NCBI GenBank assembly: GCA_036172245.1
Contig: JAYWIR010000004.1
Coordinates: forward strand, 2,790,001-2,854,000
DNA: 64,000 nucleotides
Direction: 5' to 3'
Source of the DNA: Raillietiella orientalis
Taxonomy: Eukaryota
Below are positions 1-13,700 of the stretch, one piece after another; within the stretch, counting starts at the first letter, position 1; every line of letters begins with the position of its first letter. Below the pieces are notes generated by a model. That model was not told the DNA's origin and made no database searches. It saw nothing but the letters and a program-made list of their open reading frames with translations. The position numbers and the translations under genes were made by a program.

Positions 1-2499
1 CCGAGAGCTCCGTCCACCGGAAGGAGGGGCGAGGTGCACGTCGCCATGCGGATGTGTGGAACGCCCGTCGGCAAGGGTTTCCCCCTGCCGGCTCGTTTCC
101 ACGGTGGCGAGCAGCACTTCCGGTTTGGAGAAAGCCCTCCCGTGCTTTCGCAACGCCCTGCTCCGCCCGAAGGCGGTGGCTCGGGGAAGGACACGCGCCC
201 CGGAAGTGGCACCCCCTGCCTGGGACTCCGCGACCGCCGGTCGGGGTGGTCGCGAGTTTCCATGAGCGGTCGAGGTGCGCGTCTTCGCTACGGCGGCTAA
301 CCTTCTGCCCCCCCCCCCCCTCCTTCCAAACCCCGGCGCACAGCGGGCGTGAGGAAGGGGAGGGGAGGGAAGGGGAACAGCTGGAGGGCTCCGTCCGTCA
401 CCTTCCTCGCGGGTTCCGCTCCCTCCACCCCCCTCCTCCTCCCCGCGGATGGGACTCTACCGCGGATCCGGCCGCACCGGCCACCCCTGGGTGCTGCTTC
501 CGGCCCCTGCAGCGCTTCCGGTTCACGGGACCCGCCGTAGTTCCTCTCCTGGCGGGTCAGCGGGACGGTGGGTCTTGCAGGTGGAGCGGAGGCCACAGAG
601 GGGTCGCCCGACGGCATCAGGAGGAGGGAAGCGGCCGACGCAGGACAAGGAAAGGGAGCGGAGGGCGTCGGAGGGAGGGACTCCCGGAAGGGACCGACGG
701 GGCCTTCCGGGATCCTTTCACCTCCCTTCCGGTGATTCCTTGGGCGCCCACCGCGCGGCAGAGGGAGTTTCGCGCCCGCCCCTTTGCGGGGCCACGTGAC
801 CCTACCGACTGGGACGTGGAGGAAGAACGAGTTTCCCGCCCCTCTCTGAGGGAGCACTCTGGTTGCTGTCCGGGACGGGGACGGGAGAGCCCCTCTTTCC
901 TCTGGAGCCAGCACCAACTCATTCTCTTTCTCCTCTCCTCTCCCTAGAGCCCCCCCCGGAGCTCTCTCGTCAGCCGTCCAGGAGCTGAGGTCCCTGGCGT
1001 GCCTTCGAGAGTGAGGTGACGACACACCGCCCCAGCCTCGGGCTGGGGTAGGGAAAGGGGAAGGGGAGGAAAACGCAAAAAAGGCACCTCCTGGAGCTCC
1101 CGAGGGGTAGTGTCGCTCTCCGGGGGGTGATCCGTGGGACGGATGGAACTCTTCTGGTGGTCTCTCGAGATGGCAGCAGCTGACCCGCCTCGCAGCGGTT
1201 GCGGTTCCCAGAGCGATGGCGGGGGGCTGCAGCGGCGGCGGAAGGTTTCTCCTGTCGAGGATTTCCTTCCCTCTTCCGGCAGGAGGAGCGATCCTCTCCT
1301 TCGATCGCTTCCTCTGAAAATCCCCACCGGTGCTCCGCTCCTTCCTGGAAGGGAAGAGGAGAGGGAAGACCATGAGCGGTCTGGCGATGACCACGGCCCA
1401 GTTTTCCCTTCCCGGAAATTCCACTCCCTCGCACTCCCCGGTGGGAGATTCGGGAGAGAGATTCCAAGTCCTTAGGGAGAGGAGAGAGGTGGGAACTCAG
1501 GACGTTCCCTTCCCGCCGACGGACGAAGGAGGAGGGGGGGGAGGAGAAATGGCGTCCTTCGTCCCCTCGCCTCACGTGTGGCTGGCTGCTCCGCCCTCTC
1601 CCTGGATTCCCTTTGGCGAGGCGATCCGATCTCGGGAAGCGCAGGTTCTTCTCACCTCTTCTTTCAGCAAGAGGAGGATGCAGCCTCCGCGCGCTGAGCT
1701 GGCGTTCCCCCTCCCCTTTCCCTTCTCCCCCTTTCCCCTCCTCTTTCGCCTGACTGGATTGGCCGGTGGTCGGCGTCCGCGAACCCTGACCGCCTCGGTT
1801 CCCACCATACGTGGAACCCCAGGGTGGGCGCGCACGCCGCCTGCCGAAGGAAATTCGGCAGAGTTAGTAGGCGGGTCAAAGGGGCGTCCCCAGAGGGAAA
1901 CGGTCGTGGGGACCGCATGCATGCAAGGTGACCCTGAAAGGGACGAGGCGAAGAAGAGCTCCTGACCGCGGGTACGACGGAGGGGGGGGGGGGGGAGGGA
2001 TTGGGAAAGCGACCGATTCCCGATTGTCCGGGATGAAGGGACAGCTTCAGGACGCCCCACTGCCTTCCCGGAGGGACCTCCTTCCGGACGGGAAAGGAAG
2101 GAGGCGTCCTACGGGGCGCGCCCTGGCTCCCGGAGTCAGCCGTGGATGGCGACGGGGATGCGCTGTGAAGCTCACCCGCGTTCTAGGGAAGGACGGTCGA
2201 TAGGGAGGGCGGTCCGGCTGCTGAATCTGCTCGTACGGAGGCTGGGCAGCGCCAAGGAGGAAGCGGGGCTTCGGTCAATTTCCTCGGGCCACCTCAGGGA
2301 GATCCTCGGGATATCCGCGATCCCAGAAAATCTGAGGGGGCAGGCGTGGTTTCCAGGAGACTCCCCCCTGAGGGGAAGAGAGGGGAGGAAGGGCGTTTGC
2401 CGTCCGGCCGCTACTGTCAACGGCAGCCATTGCTGGAATGAGGGGAAAGCGACTGGCCTCCTCCCCCCTCCCCTTTCCCCCAGCGGCCGCCTTGGAAAG

Positions 2500-2625
2500 C
2501 CGCGACCACCACCCGTCTTTTACCCACTGCTGGCACTGTGGCCTCCTGCCACGGCCTGCGGTTTCTCCCCATCTTCTAGCGATGCCGCTACGGAGTCCTT
2601 GGGGACGGATCACCGCCGCTCCCTG
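2500..2625 (+). mobile_element. Decayed zf-RVT-like remnant
   Basis: CWHCGLLPRPAVSPHLLAMPLRSPWGRI aligns by eye with CARCGERESLPHLLVDCAALRPLWERF at 18.4 kb. Confidence 0.35.
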
Positions 2626-3189
2626 GAAACCAGTGCGCGCTCTTCCTCCTCCCTCACGTCTCCATGGTAGCCACGGCGTTTCGCTCCCGGAAGCTGGAAG
2701 GGAAGAGTCTCGGGGGGATTCGGGTTCAGAAGAGCGGTGCGGGGATCGCGGATCCGGGAGTGGCACTCCCGCATCTCCGATCCCCACACTGGAGGCCGTG
2801 CATGGAGGCAAGCTCCAGCCGCCCCAGACGTCCAGAGCATGGAGAATCCCTGGAGGCAGGCGAGGTCCGGAGAAAGGACGTCCTTCGAGCGGTGACAGTG
2901 ACTCTGACGACTGCAGCACCCGTCTTTCCACCTTGCCGGAGGGGGGATATGCCTGCGCTGCCCGGAGTGGCGATGGGAAGAGGGCGCTCGACCTGTCCTC
3001 GAAGTGGGACATGGATCTCTCACCCGAGGACAGCCCCCAGAAGACCGCGGCCGGAGGTGGTCCGTGCCGAGCAGGGGAACCTGGCACACACGCGTCCTCC
3101 GGGCCGCCTCACCGGCGCCAGAGCTGCTGGGTGAACGCTCCCTCACTCGTCGCGTTCCCTCGGTCCGGGACAGGGAGCGGGGCTGGCTC

Positions 3190-3460
3190 CTGTACCTCTT
3201 CCATCGTCCCAGAGCCGACGACGGACGCCTTGAACCCCGCCAGTCTCTTCATCCCTTCCAGGAGGCAGCAGACGGGGAGCTCTCCGGAGCTCGGAAGGCG
3301 CGAGCAGGCCGCGGCGGCGGCCGGGCGAGGCTCACGGGTTCTGGGAGAAGGGAGGGAGGGAGGCGAGGCGAGGAGGGCACATAAACAGCAGGCTGCAGGA
3401 GTGCCGCCACCAGCAGCAGCTCTCGCATGCGACGCGCTCCAGATGACCCTCCTCCGGCAG
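3190..3460 (+). mobile_element. Possible decayed L1-clade RT remnant
   Basis: Across a frameshift reads FIPSR-GSRRG-L (cf. FxPSRGLRQGDPLSP), with a PDD ~50-60 codons later at the YADD position. Confidence 0.25.
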
Positions 3461-4250
3461 TGTGGCGGCATCTTCCGCGTCTCGGTAACGCTGGGCGCAT
3501 GCGTGTGTGTCCTGAGGGGCGGGCCCATTCGGGAACGGGCTGAGATTTTTTATTTCCCTCTTCCTTTTTTTTTTTAAAAAAAAAAAAGAATGCAGCGCCG
3601 CTGGGAATACGCTTTTCCAGAGGGAAACGCTGCGCGCATTGACCTGGCAAGACTGCGCAGGCAAATTTGCCGACAGCTGGTACCTCTGGACGCCGCGTGA
3701 CACTCCTCCCGAGGCTCCGATGCATGGGAAAGACACGTTTGCAAAACCCGGGAACAGCCCTCTCCGTTCGAGTTTTTTCCCAGAAAGGAGGAAAGAAAAA
3801 AAAAAAAAAATGAAGGCTGGAGGAGGTTGGGCGCTGGCCTGGATGCCGCCTGAACGCCCAGGAACAACACGTGGACGCCGTTCCTCCCGGAAGGGGAGCA
3901 GCCATGAATAATTGGGCGCGGAGCGATGCGACGCGAAGGGTCGACGTCGTAGACTCCGCCGCCCGTGTGCGCCATCGCGGACGGCGCGCTCGTTTCCTCC
4001 GGCAGCAGAAGGGGGGGGGGGGTAGTGGAGCCTCTTCCTTCCTCCACCTCTGGAGGGAGACTGCCTCGGCTTCCGAACCCCCAAGGAGCCCCTTGAGGGG
4101 CTGCCCGTGCGCGTCGCAGAGCACGCACCCGCGTGGGCAGCGGGAGGGTGGAGAAAGAGGCAGGTCCGAGTGGGGAGTGGGCTGTGAGGCACGCCCTGAT
4201 GGACTGGACGGCTAGCGGTACTCGCAACCGCGAGAGACTCTGGAGAGAAA

Positions 4251-4458
4251 GGTCCTAGGGAGAGGAGGAAGGGGGAGGGGGACCCGGATCGGTGGGCAGC
4301 TGTCCGTCGGCGCCGCCTCCCAGGCATCGATCCTCTCCCGGGAGGAACGTTGCCGTGGACACGGCAAACAAAGCGTACCGCCCTCACACGTGTCTCTGAG
4401 GTCGCCCCGCCCGGCCGATGGATCCGCGACGCGCGCGGAGAGGGAAAGGCAGACGGCT
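4251..4458. repeat. Left arm of 208-bp inverted repeat
   Basis: Reverse complement of 5027-5234 with one mismatch seen. Identical peptides appear on opposite strands in the ORF track. Confidence 0.95.
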
Positions 4459-5026
4459 TCCCCGAGGGAACCATTCCGTCGCCCTGCCTCCTTCCAGATG
4501 GGGGGAGGGGGATTAAAACCTTCGGAGAGCTGTGGGCGCAGAGATCGGGAAGAGAGGATGCGCGCTCCTCCCCGGTCCACGGCACGCGACCTTGGCATGC
4601 GTCCGCCGAAGAGAGTCGCTCACCTCGCCTCGCAACGACGGAACGCATCGACCTCATCCCACCCCTTCCGCCTCCTCCGTGGAGAGGCCTCCCCCTCCCT
4701 CGGAGGTCACCAGCCGCCACCGCCCGCTCTCCGTCCGGAAGGTCTCGCTGTCCCGGGCGTGCCCGGAAATCCCGGTGTAGCGCCCCCACCAAGTTCCCGC
4801 GGAGAGCTCTCTGCTTGTCTGGCCCCGGGGTAAAAGGGAGGCCACCTCGCATCGCAGCCCCCCCCCCCCTGGACGCAGGGAACCTTCGTTCCTCTCCCTG
4901 CCCGCTCGCCCTTCTCTGGAGACATCCCTCCCGGAAGGTCCAGACAGGGGAGTACGGCCGGAATCGGCTCTCGGCGTCCCCGGAAGTGGACCCACCCGGG
5001 CGTGGGAAGCGACCCATTCGCGGATG

Positions 5027-5234
5027 AGCCGTCTGCCTTTCCCTCTCCGCGCACGTCGCGGATCCATCGGCCGGGCGGGGCGACCTCAGAGACACGTGTG
5101 AGGGCGGTACGCTTTGTTTGCCGTGTCCACGGCAACGTTCCTCCCGGGAGAGGATCGATGCCTGGGAGGCGGCGCCGACGGACAGCTGCCCACCGATCCG
5201 GGTCCCCCTCCCCCTTCCTCCTCTCCCTAGGACC
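5027..5234. repeat. Right arm of 208-bp inverted repeat, itself flanked by a 17-bp inverted repeat
   Basis: Reverse complement of 4251-4458; flanked by cgtgggaagcgacccat (5001-5017) and atgggtcgcttcccacg (5244-5260). Confidence 0.95.
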
Positions 5235-6349
5235 ATTCGAGGGATGGGTCGCTTCCCACGGACTGCTGCACACGCCCCTCCTCCTCCTTCTCGTAGAGAA
5301 TGAGCCACACGTCCGGAGGGGCCCGAACCCCCGATGGATGAGCAAACCTCCGGCCGCCCATCTACCTCCCCTCCCCCACCTCCCGCACCCCCAAGGAGGA
5401 TCACCAGCGGGAGCGGTCCAAGGACGGAGGCTGCTTCTCATGGCAACTGCCTCGGTGCCGTGCGATCCACGGCTGCGCTTCCAATCGACCTCATGACCTG
5501 ACGCGTCCCGCCTGTCTCTCACCCTTCCTTCCCCTCTCCTTCTCCGGCCCTGCTTCCATCCGGGAAACGGTCATCCTCCCGGGATCTCCTTCTGGTCTTT
5601 CCCTAAGCAACTTCTAGTCCCACCAAACGCCCACGTCACGAGACGACCCCTGGCGTCCTTCCTTCCTCCTGCGGGGATCGTCCTCTCTCCACCCCCTTCC
5701 CAGACCGAAGGCAGTGCCCCTCGGGGAATCTCCTCGAATCCACACAGGAAGGAGGGTCTGCCGCCGGGACGCCCTTCCGTGCTGAGGCCTAACTTGGGTG
5801 GGCCCGGGCGAGAGCGTCACACCCGAAGGGAACGTCTGGAACCTTCCGTGGTGAGGAGGAAGGAAGCGGGGAGGGGGAGTGGCAGACAGGAGGGGAGGAA
5901 AGCTCCCTCCGAGCGGAGGCGCGTGGTCGCGACTGGGAGACCCCCCGGCCCTTCCCGGTGAGCTTCTCTGGAGCCTTCCGACGACGACGTGGCGCGTCCT
6001 TGGCTGCGCGTCCCGCATTCTCCCCCTTTCCCTCCGGGCGTCTTCCTTCGCGGCGACAGCATCCGAAGGCGACTTTTTCTCTGCTTTGTTTCTTCTGCCC
6101 ATACGAAGGGCCTCCTCCTTCCATCCCCCCCCCCCCTAAACGGGAAGGGAAAAAGGGAGGGATAAGGGGGGAGGAGGCTATGACGTCGTGGAGGCGCGCG
6201 CGAGGAAGCGCGGGGAGATTCGAGGGTGCGGCGAGGCTCCGATCGTCCTGCCTCGCCCGCCTCCTCCGTCGCTCCCTCGCGTGCCAACGGGAGCGAGCGA
6301 GAGCCATCCTCCCTCCCCTCACCTTTGCAGTCGGCGCGCCGGCAGCAGC

Positions 6350-6720
6350 GTCTGAGGAAAGGGTGGGGGGAATCGCACGGCGGAACCGGCCGACATTGCG
6401 CCCACAGCGGGTGAGCTGGCGGCCAGTCTCCCGGGAGATGCGCACTGCGGGAGGGAAGGAGGGGAGCTCGGACGCGAGTTGAGAGGGGCGAAGGGCATCC
6501 CTCTCCGCGCGCTCCTGGGGCAGGGCGGATGCGGCCAGGTCGGTGCCACTCGCAGGGAAGAGAGGGGGACCGGGCGCGGGGGAAGGAACTGCCGAGGCGG
6601 AGTAACGGGAGATTGCCCCCGATACCGGACCGAGAAGAGTGCCTGCGGGGGTGCGGTCCCTGTTTAGAGGGAAGGCGAAGGAACCTCTCACGTCCAGCAG
6701 ACGGATAGAGCCCCTTGGTC
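6350..6720 (-). mobile_element. Possible decayed L1-clade RT remnant
   Basis: Motifs in RT order across frames: LLDVRGSFAFPLNRD (cf. LLDFEKAFDRV), then GARGEGCPSPL / LASEL..AVR (cf. GVRQGCPLSPLLFxLAxEPL). Confidence 0.3.
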
Positions 6721-9712
6721 GACCCGGGGATTCTGACCTGCCGCGCGTCCGCTTCCACCCGACCTCTCCCCTTGCCTCCGGACTCGATCGCGACCGCCCT
6801 GCCGGTAGTCTCGTTCTTGGGCGCGCCTCCCCTCCCCTCCCTTCCCCATCAGTCCACCTCTCCGAACGACGGGACCCCAACACCGAGCGCGCGGGTGCTT
6901 CCTTTCCTTTGCTCCTATCGCGCGAAGCGGAGCTCCCGGGTTCCCGGCGGAGGGCAAACGCGCGCCACCACCGATCGCCCCAGCGCTCGGTGTCCAGGCG
7001 ACCTCCCAAAGCAGATTGGGGGCTCCTGCTGCTGCTCCCTCGCCGTCTCCGCCCCCTCCATGGGCATCCGTGGGGGAGGGATCGATTCCCCGCTACTTCC
7101 GGGAGAACACAATCCTTTCCCTTCCGGGAAGCGCGCGGGCGCGCTCCGCGGGTCCCGTCCTCCGGGAACCGGGAGCCTCCGGTGGAAGTCCCGCCGCCTA
7201 CTGTGGACGCGCTTCCCCTCCGTCTTCTGGAGAGGAGGCTCCGGGAGCGCAGATTCCGCCCGCAGGACGTGCTCCCGGATCCGCGGGGTTTGACGTCGTC
7301 GTCGTCGTCGTCTCCGTCGACGACTACGCTGGTGGGCGGACAGGCGTGGCCGGGAAAAGGCACCGCTCGCGCGCGCCGGAAGCGCGGGCTTTTTCCCGCG
7401 CTCCCGTGCGTGCCTGCCGGGAGCGCATCTTCCTGCCGCCGCACGGCAACGCCTGCTCCCGGTTGCGTGCGTGCCGAGTGCTCGCGTCTCCTTTATTTTA
7501 TTTTATTTTTCTTTCTCTTCCCTCCCCCACTTCCCCCCCCCCCCACCTCCTCTCCCTCTCTCTCTGTTTTGCTTGTGGCTGCCTTTTATTTTCTTCTTGG
7601 GAACAGCCGGATGCCTCCTGGATTCCCGAGCAGCCCGGCAGGAACAGGTTTCCAGGATCACACGGTGCCCGCAGGATGACGACGACGACGAGGGAAAGTT
7701 CCCTCCTGCGGCGGCGTCTTTTCGGAGGGCGCGTACGACGTGGACGGATGTCCCCTCCCCCTCCCCCCCCCAGTCCCTCTCGGATGGGCTGACCGCGGCG
7801 CTATGGGCGCGAGGACGGGGCGGGAGACACGGACCGGGAAAGCCGAGGAGCACAGGGGGCGATGCCTTGCGCCGGCCGACCGCGCGGGGAGCGAAGGGGA
7901 GGGAAGGACAAGCCCGATACGAAACGGGAGTTCGGGAGGTTCCCGTGGGGCGTGCCCGCCACCGTCCCGTTCCCGCGGAACGCTTCCTCCATCCGCCCCG
8001 CTCCGCAAGGAGGGCGAGGGAGAGAGCCAGGAGACGAAGTGGTGGCGCCGCCACACCGGCGAATGCGCGCCGAGCCACCTCGCGGCGGCGGTTCTTTTCC
8101 TGACGGTCGCGCCGCGCGCGGGATGCAGCAGCCACCGGCACGCGCAATTCCTCCTTCGCTCCCTCCCCGATGAAGGACGGGGAGGTCTTCGGAGACGTAC
8201 CCGTGCACTGCCCCCGGGCATCGCGTCCCCTGTGGCAGTTCGCTCGCGTGCCACCACCGACAGCAGCAGCCTCCCTCGATCCCTGTCTACAAGGTCCTTC
8301 CTGCGGTGGGCGCGCGGGAAAGAAGGCGATCGCGGCGGCTGCTTTTGCGTCGGCAGCGCAGAGCGCGCTTGGCTTCCTCCTTCCGCCGCCGGCGCGTCAG
8401 GCTCGCAGCCTCCTCCCGAAAGTGAACTCCCGGCACAACAGAGCTGAAAGCAAACAGCAACGAAATCCGATTTGTCCGTTTATTCATTTCATCCTGTGCC
8501 CCCCTCCCCTTTCTCCCTCTCTCCTCCCCTTTTCCTGTTGGAACACTCGCTCGGATTGTTGCGACGCGCTCATCTGGGAAGAGCACGTCAAGGAAAGTAC
8601 CGTACGGTGGGAACCGAAAAAAAAAGGTGTTCAAAAGACGGTCCTTCTCCTTCTTCTCTTCTTCCTCTTCCTTCTTCTTCCTCTTCCTTCTCCTTCTCCT
8701 CCTCCCCGCCTTCCAGTCGGTTGTTTGTTGCATCTCCTTCGGATGCGGTTTATAAATAGCCGGGCGCGGGTCCGGAGATCGCTTGGCGCTAACTTGGCGC
8801 TAACAGTGGCGGCAGCATCCTTCCTCTGGAGACGAAAATCGACGCCTGCAAATTTTCCGCACAGTTGTGCGGCTCTTCGCAGCCCGGAGATTTTCATTAA
8901 ACTCGTCAAGAGGGATATCTCGAGGGAATGATCGCGTCTGGAAGCACACCCCGCTCTGATCCTCGGGAATGACATTTATGAATCTCGAGGAGCATCTCGG
9001 ATGAGCCTCATCCCATTAATCAGGAGGTGCTTGCGAATTTTAACTTTCGCGAAATAGTTGAATTAGCTGCAAGAAAAGGAAGGCTCTTCGTAATAGAAAA
9101 ATGCCCGTGGAAAGTTTCTGAGAGGGTTTGTTCTTACATTAACATGTGCAAAGTTTCAATGAGAACCATCCCAGGTGCGCGAACTACGCCTAGTTCTTCC
9201 CTTTTTTTGATAGCCTTCCAAGAATGAAAATAATAGGACAATTTCCTTCTTTAAACCTGACATTCCTTCCGAGTCCTTTAGAATCGTTTCCAGATGGTCG
9301 ACAAACTCCTAAAGGAGATGCTCAGGTAATCCAGGTGGGTTTGTTGAGAAAAGGATAATGACAGAATGGGAAGGAAAAAAGGAAAAAATAAAAAGGCGTT
9401 TATTATGTTGTGTCCCTGTTTTAGTACAGCCTTCAGCGTCCACGAAAATCAGAAAGAATTAATAGCCAGGTGAAACCCCATTCTACTCTCTGAATACATC
9501 ACTCTCGCGCTTCCTGTGTACCTTCGTCGCATTGTACGCTCGAGTTTGAGGAGGAGCCACATTTGCAAACAACGATTACGTCCATCTTAATCAATGCTGA
9601 AAACTTGTGAATGATGAAAATGATACGTAAGCAATCGCCTGAATGCTCTCCGAGATCGGCTCCGGTGAAGATCATTCTTGGTTTTCGAGCGATTCATGAC
9701 GATGATTACGGA

Positions 9713-9738
9713 TGTGTGTGTGTGTGTGTGTGTGTGTG
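9713..9738. repeat. (TG)n microsatellite
   Basis: Direct reading; followed by poly-T. Confidence 0.9.
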
Positions 9739-10772
9739 TTTTTTTTTTTTTTTCTTTCCCCCGCAGCGCATCTACAAAATTCGTTTTCGTTTTAAAAAAA
9801 TTGCCATTTGACTGTCTCTTCACGTGAGATGGGAGATTCGTATATTTCCGGATCTTCGAAGTGTCTAGGAGGAGTTGCTGTGATTTTTTGCCTCTAATGA
9901 TGAAGTTTGGAGCGTGTCTTTCCTTCTTCCCTCCCCCCCCCCCCCCACCTTTTGCTTCTCACTTCCATGTCAATTGGTTTTCGCAGTGCCCATCTAGCGC
10001 CATCTATTGATTGGAGAGGTAAGCTCGAATCACTTTCCGGCATAAACCTTCCTGTTCCACAAGGAACCTTGAGGCATTTACGCGACACAGACAAAAATGC
10101 AGCCCAGAACTGGGAATTTTCCACACTCTCCTATGTAAATTTCTACTGCTTCCGTTCTGGAATTATTCCATTCGTACGATGCAATCAACAAATATTTACT
10201 GTGATCGGACCATGAGAAGAAGCACCGTGTTTAGAGGGGGGGGGGGGAGAAATTCTTAACCTGTTCGTCTGGCAGCGTGTTCGTCTGAAATAGAGTATGG
10301 CTCCTGCAGGGCACTTCCTCACTCTTGAAATCACGGATTTTCGCTGAAAGTTTCCTCTTAGAGGAACTTCATGGTGAGTCGTGCGATTCTCTCCGTCTCG
10401 CTTCAGAAAACACGGTATTCTATTAGTGTTTCACACTCACACTTGCACGCAGTTTATTGTCCCGTATATGTAAAACTGCTTTGTTTTTTTGTTTTTGTTT
10501 TTTTTTAAAAAAAAAAAAAAAAAAAAAATGAAAAACATTATTCACATTCTCCTGGAATTATTTTTCTCTTTCTCTCCCTTAATAATACAATTCGTTTGTA
10601 TTCCCCAAGCCGCTTCCCAATAACATCGGCAAGTCAACGCCATGTCCCCAAAGCAATGCGTGAAGTGCAGGAACGAGACATGTCAGGAATGGCAAGGCTT
10701 CTCTCTCCCTGAGCTGCGGAATTGCAAACTCGGAAACGACTTCTGCTTGCGTATTCCTTTCTGGAAACAGGA

Positions 10773-10798
10773 AGAGAGAGAGAGAGAGAGAGAGAGAG
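10773..10798. repeat. (AG)n microsatellite
   Basis: Direct reading. Confidence 0.9.
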
Positions 10799-13700
10799 GA
10801 CCATGAATGTATAAACACAATGCGTTCGGCCCTCGCGGATCCACTCGTGAAAGCAGATGGCCACTGAACACTTTATTAACACGCTTCCAAGACGCCTCCA
10901 AGCTCCCTGGTATTTATTTGCATACGTTTCCTCAGCCTCCTGGGCTCGGAGGCATGGAAGGAGACGGAAATCCCTTGGAGGTTGGCTCCCGGAAGACTTG
11001 CAGGTTCGCAGCAAATGCTTTCCCAGAACAAGTCGCGAACTGGATGCTCCCGTCGCGCGCGCACGTCCACTCCCATTAAAAGGGGGAAATGCATTCGATT
11101 TGGATGCGGGGCTCCAGCAGCCAGGGAAACCCTCACAACTCCCGGACCAAACGAGTGGCGGGTCCTTGTCCGATCTGCGCGCCGGTGACAACAGCGGGTG
11201 TTAAGGTGAACGACGGGAATGCGCCGGGGGACAACCGGGTGAGGGGGGGAAAAAATGCTGGTGGCGTTCTGCTGAAGGGAGCGAGGAGGAACCACGTCGA
11301 TAAGGGAAATTCCTTTCTGGGCAGGGCCGCTAGCGCTGCTAAAAGAAGAGGTCTCCCCGCGCGTCCCTTGTGCAAGAGCTATCGCATTCCTCGGCATTAT
11401 CAGGAGCCCCGTCTGCTTGCTGACCGGAATCCCACGACGCTTCTGGGTCTTCTTAATCCGCGCTGCGAAACACGTGTGACCCCTGTCCGGCGCGCTCCCC
11501 GGTCCGCCTGCCTGCCCCTCCTATCGTTCTTATCGGCATCCGTGCCCACCGCTCGGTCCTCTTTTTATGCGACTGCTCGGAAGTCCCTCTCCTTGCCAGT
11601 TTCCCTTCCCCACCCCCTCTTTCTCCCCGTGCCTCCGGCTCGGCTCATCCACTTTGTATGGCAATCGCAGTCCTTCGACCTCCCTCGCCCCCCCCCCCCT
11701 CTCCCTCCCTCAGCTTCCAAAAGCCAGGCGAATTTCGGCACGCCGGAGGGAAGGCGAGACGCCTCCGTGGACGCAGGTCTCTCCCGCCTCTGTCGCGATC
11801 GTCAGCGATCGCCCCCCCCCCCTCTCTCCCATTCCCCTCCACGAAGGAAGAAAGTGCCGCTCCGAGGCGTTCCCTCCTCCACATCCTACCCCTACCCCCA
11901 GCTACCACGACAGCCTGACCATTCTCACGTCCGGGTAAGCAGGGTTGCCGCCACCACCGCCGCCGCTCCGAGACGCTCTGCTCTCCGGCGAGCGGGCGGG
12001 CAGCGGCGGCATGTCTTTGAGATTTGAGGGGGTCCGCTGAACCTCCTCCCTCCTCCTCCTCCTCCTTGTCACCCCGCTTCGGCATCTTAGTCAGCGGAGG
12101 AGACGCCTGAGGGGCTGCGATCCCCCTCCTCCGCAAGCGCTGCCTCTCTCCGACGGATCTCCCTCGGGCTCCACGGCTGGAAAGGGAGGGAAGGGAGGAA
12201 CGGGGAAGAGGAAACTGCGGGAATTCGAAGGGTCCCTCCCTCTTCCTTGCAAGGAGGCATCTGACCACTCCCGGAAGGCAATCCTGGGAAGAGCACCTCG
12301 AGGGTGGACGCGTTCCCGTGCAGACTATGGGAAGGGCGGAAGTCATCTGAGAGTGGGCGCAAGCCGCTTTTCTCGGAGGAAAGAGGGTTCGGCATGATCC
12401 GGTGGGAGGAAACGGCGAACCGAGGGGTCGGCGAGCCTCCGCCATCCCGCGCCGGGAAGGGCGGGGTGAGTCTCTTCCCTCTTTTTTTCTCTCTCCCACT
12501 CGAGGAAGCGTCGGAGGGATCCGAGATCTCGTGTAGAGCGGCGGAGCCTCCCTTCTCTTCCAGGGGAGCGGTGCCGTCCCTTTCCGGGGTCCAAAAATAA
12601 AAACGAGCAGCCCCGAGTGTAACCCCCAGGTGGGCTCGAGAATCCTTAGGGGACAGGGACGCGAGGGGAGAAGTTGACAGGCTGGAGTTGGATTTCCTAA
12701 TCGGGTGAGGGGCAACTTTTCCCGCCCCGGATCGAAGATCGGGGGAAGGGGGGGCCTGTTCTTAGGAAGCTGCGAGAGGGGAGCGCGGAGGAGGCGATCC
12801 CACGTCTCGGAAGGGAGTCAGGAGAGCCGCGCGTTCCTTCTACCGCCTGGGGTCTGCGGAAGGCGATCTCAGTGGGCCCCCGAGGCTGGCGAACGGATCG
12901 CTGGGGGGTTCGCGTGGGGTGGGAAGAGCATCCGAGGCCCGGGAGAGCAGGGAAAATCCAGGATTTTCCCCCCTTCTCTGCCCCTTTCTCGCAGTTCCAG
13001 CGGAAAAAGGAGGCAGCGCTTCCGTGCCCTGGGAGAGGGGAGGGGATCCCCCCTCCCCAGAAACCGCTTCCGTGCCTCCCCCCTCAAGACTTCCCTCCGG
13101 AGTGAAGAAGGAGGGAAGATTCGCTCTCGGTAGGGAGGCAACGGGGACGAAGGGACGCGCCTGCCGGCCCATGGTCGTCTCGGAGGGACGCTCCCTTATC
13201 CTCGCGGACCCCTCCTTTCGCCGCTCCGCAGCCGCGAAGGGGGACTTTCTGGAGAGGGAAAGCAATTCCGGGGTCTCCTGCTCTCTCACGCCCTTGGAGC
13301 CAGTGCCAGTGAGGAGGTCGGGAACTCTTGCAGGAGGAGCGCACCCCCGGAGGTCTTCGGTCAGAAAAGCTGCCGTGATGGCCGGGGGGGGAGGGCTCCG
13401 TCGGATCGTTTTTTTCTCCTCCCCCCTCGTCCCCGGAAGCCTCCAGCATCCCGCCCGCCCGCTCACCCGCCTGCTGAAAGAGCAGCTGAATTTCCCTATC
13501 CTTTTCTGCGCCCCCCCCCCTTTTTTTCTTCCTGCCGCTCCCCTCTCCTTGCGCGTTAACATCGAACGAGGCAAAAAAGGAGGCGCGAGGCTCGCTCTTC
13601 CCGGAAACTCTTCCACAGGTTACCCAGCCACCTGTTGCCCCGGCCCTCTTTCCCCGCGCACGCGCGCCGCTTGCACTTCGCTGCCGGGAAGGCGGGGGGG

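Noticed and set aside
3565..3587. Poly-T/poly-A palindromes (also ~10498-10528 and 58205-58224)
   Set aside because: Homopolymer expansion is pervasive in this window, so these give no evidence of function.
4251..5234. Autonomous DNA transposon with 208-bp terminal inverted repeats
   Set aside because: No transposase in the 568-bp spacer and no clear target-site duplication at the outer ends.
10820..11400. Further RT-like remnant
   Set aside because: Motif resemblance (STRESRWPLNTLL, SFLGRA) is too weak to call without a profile search.
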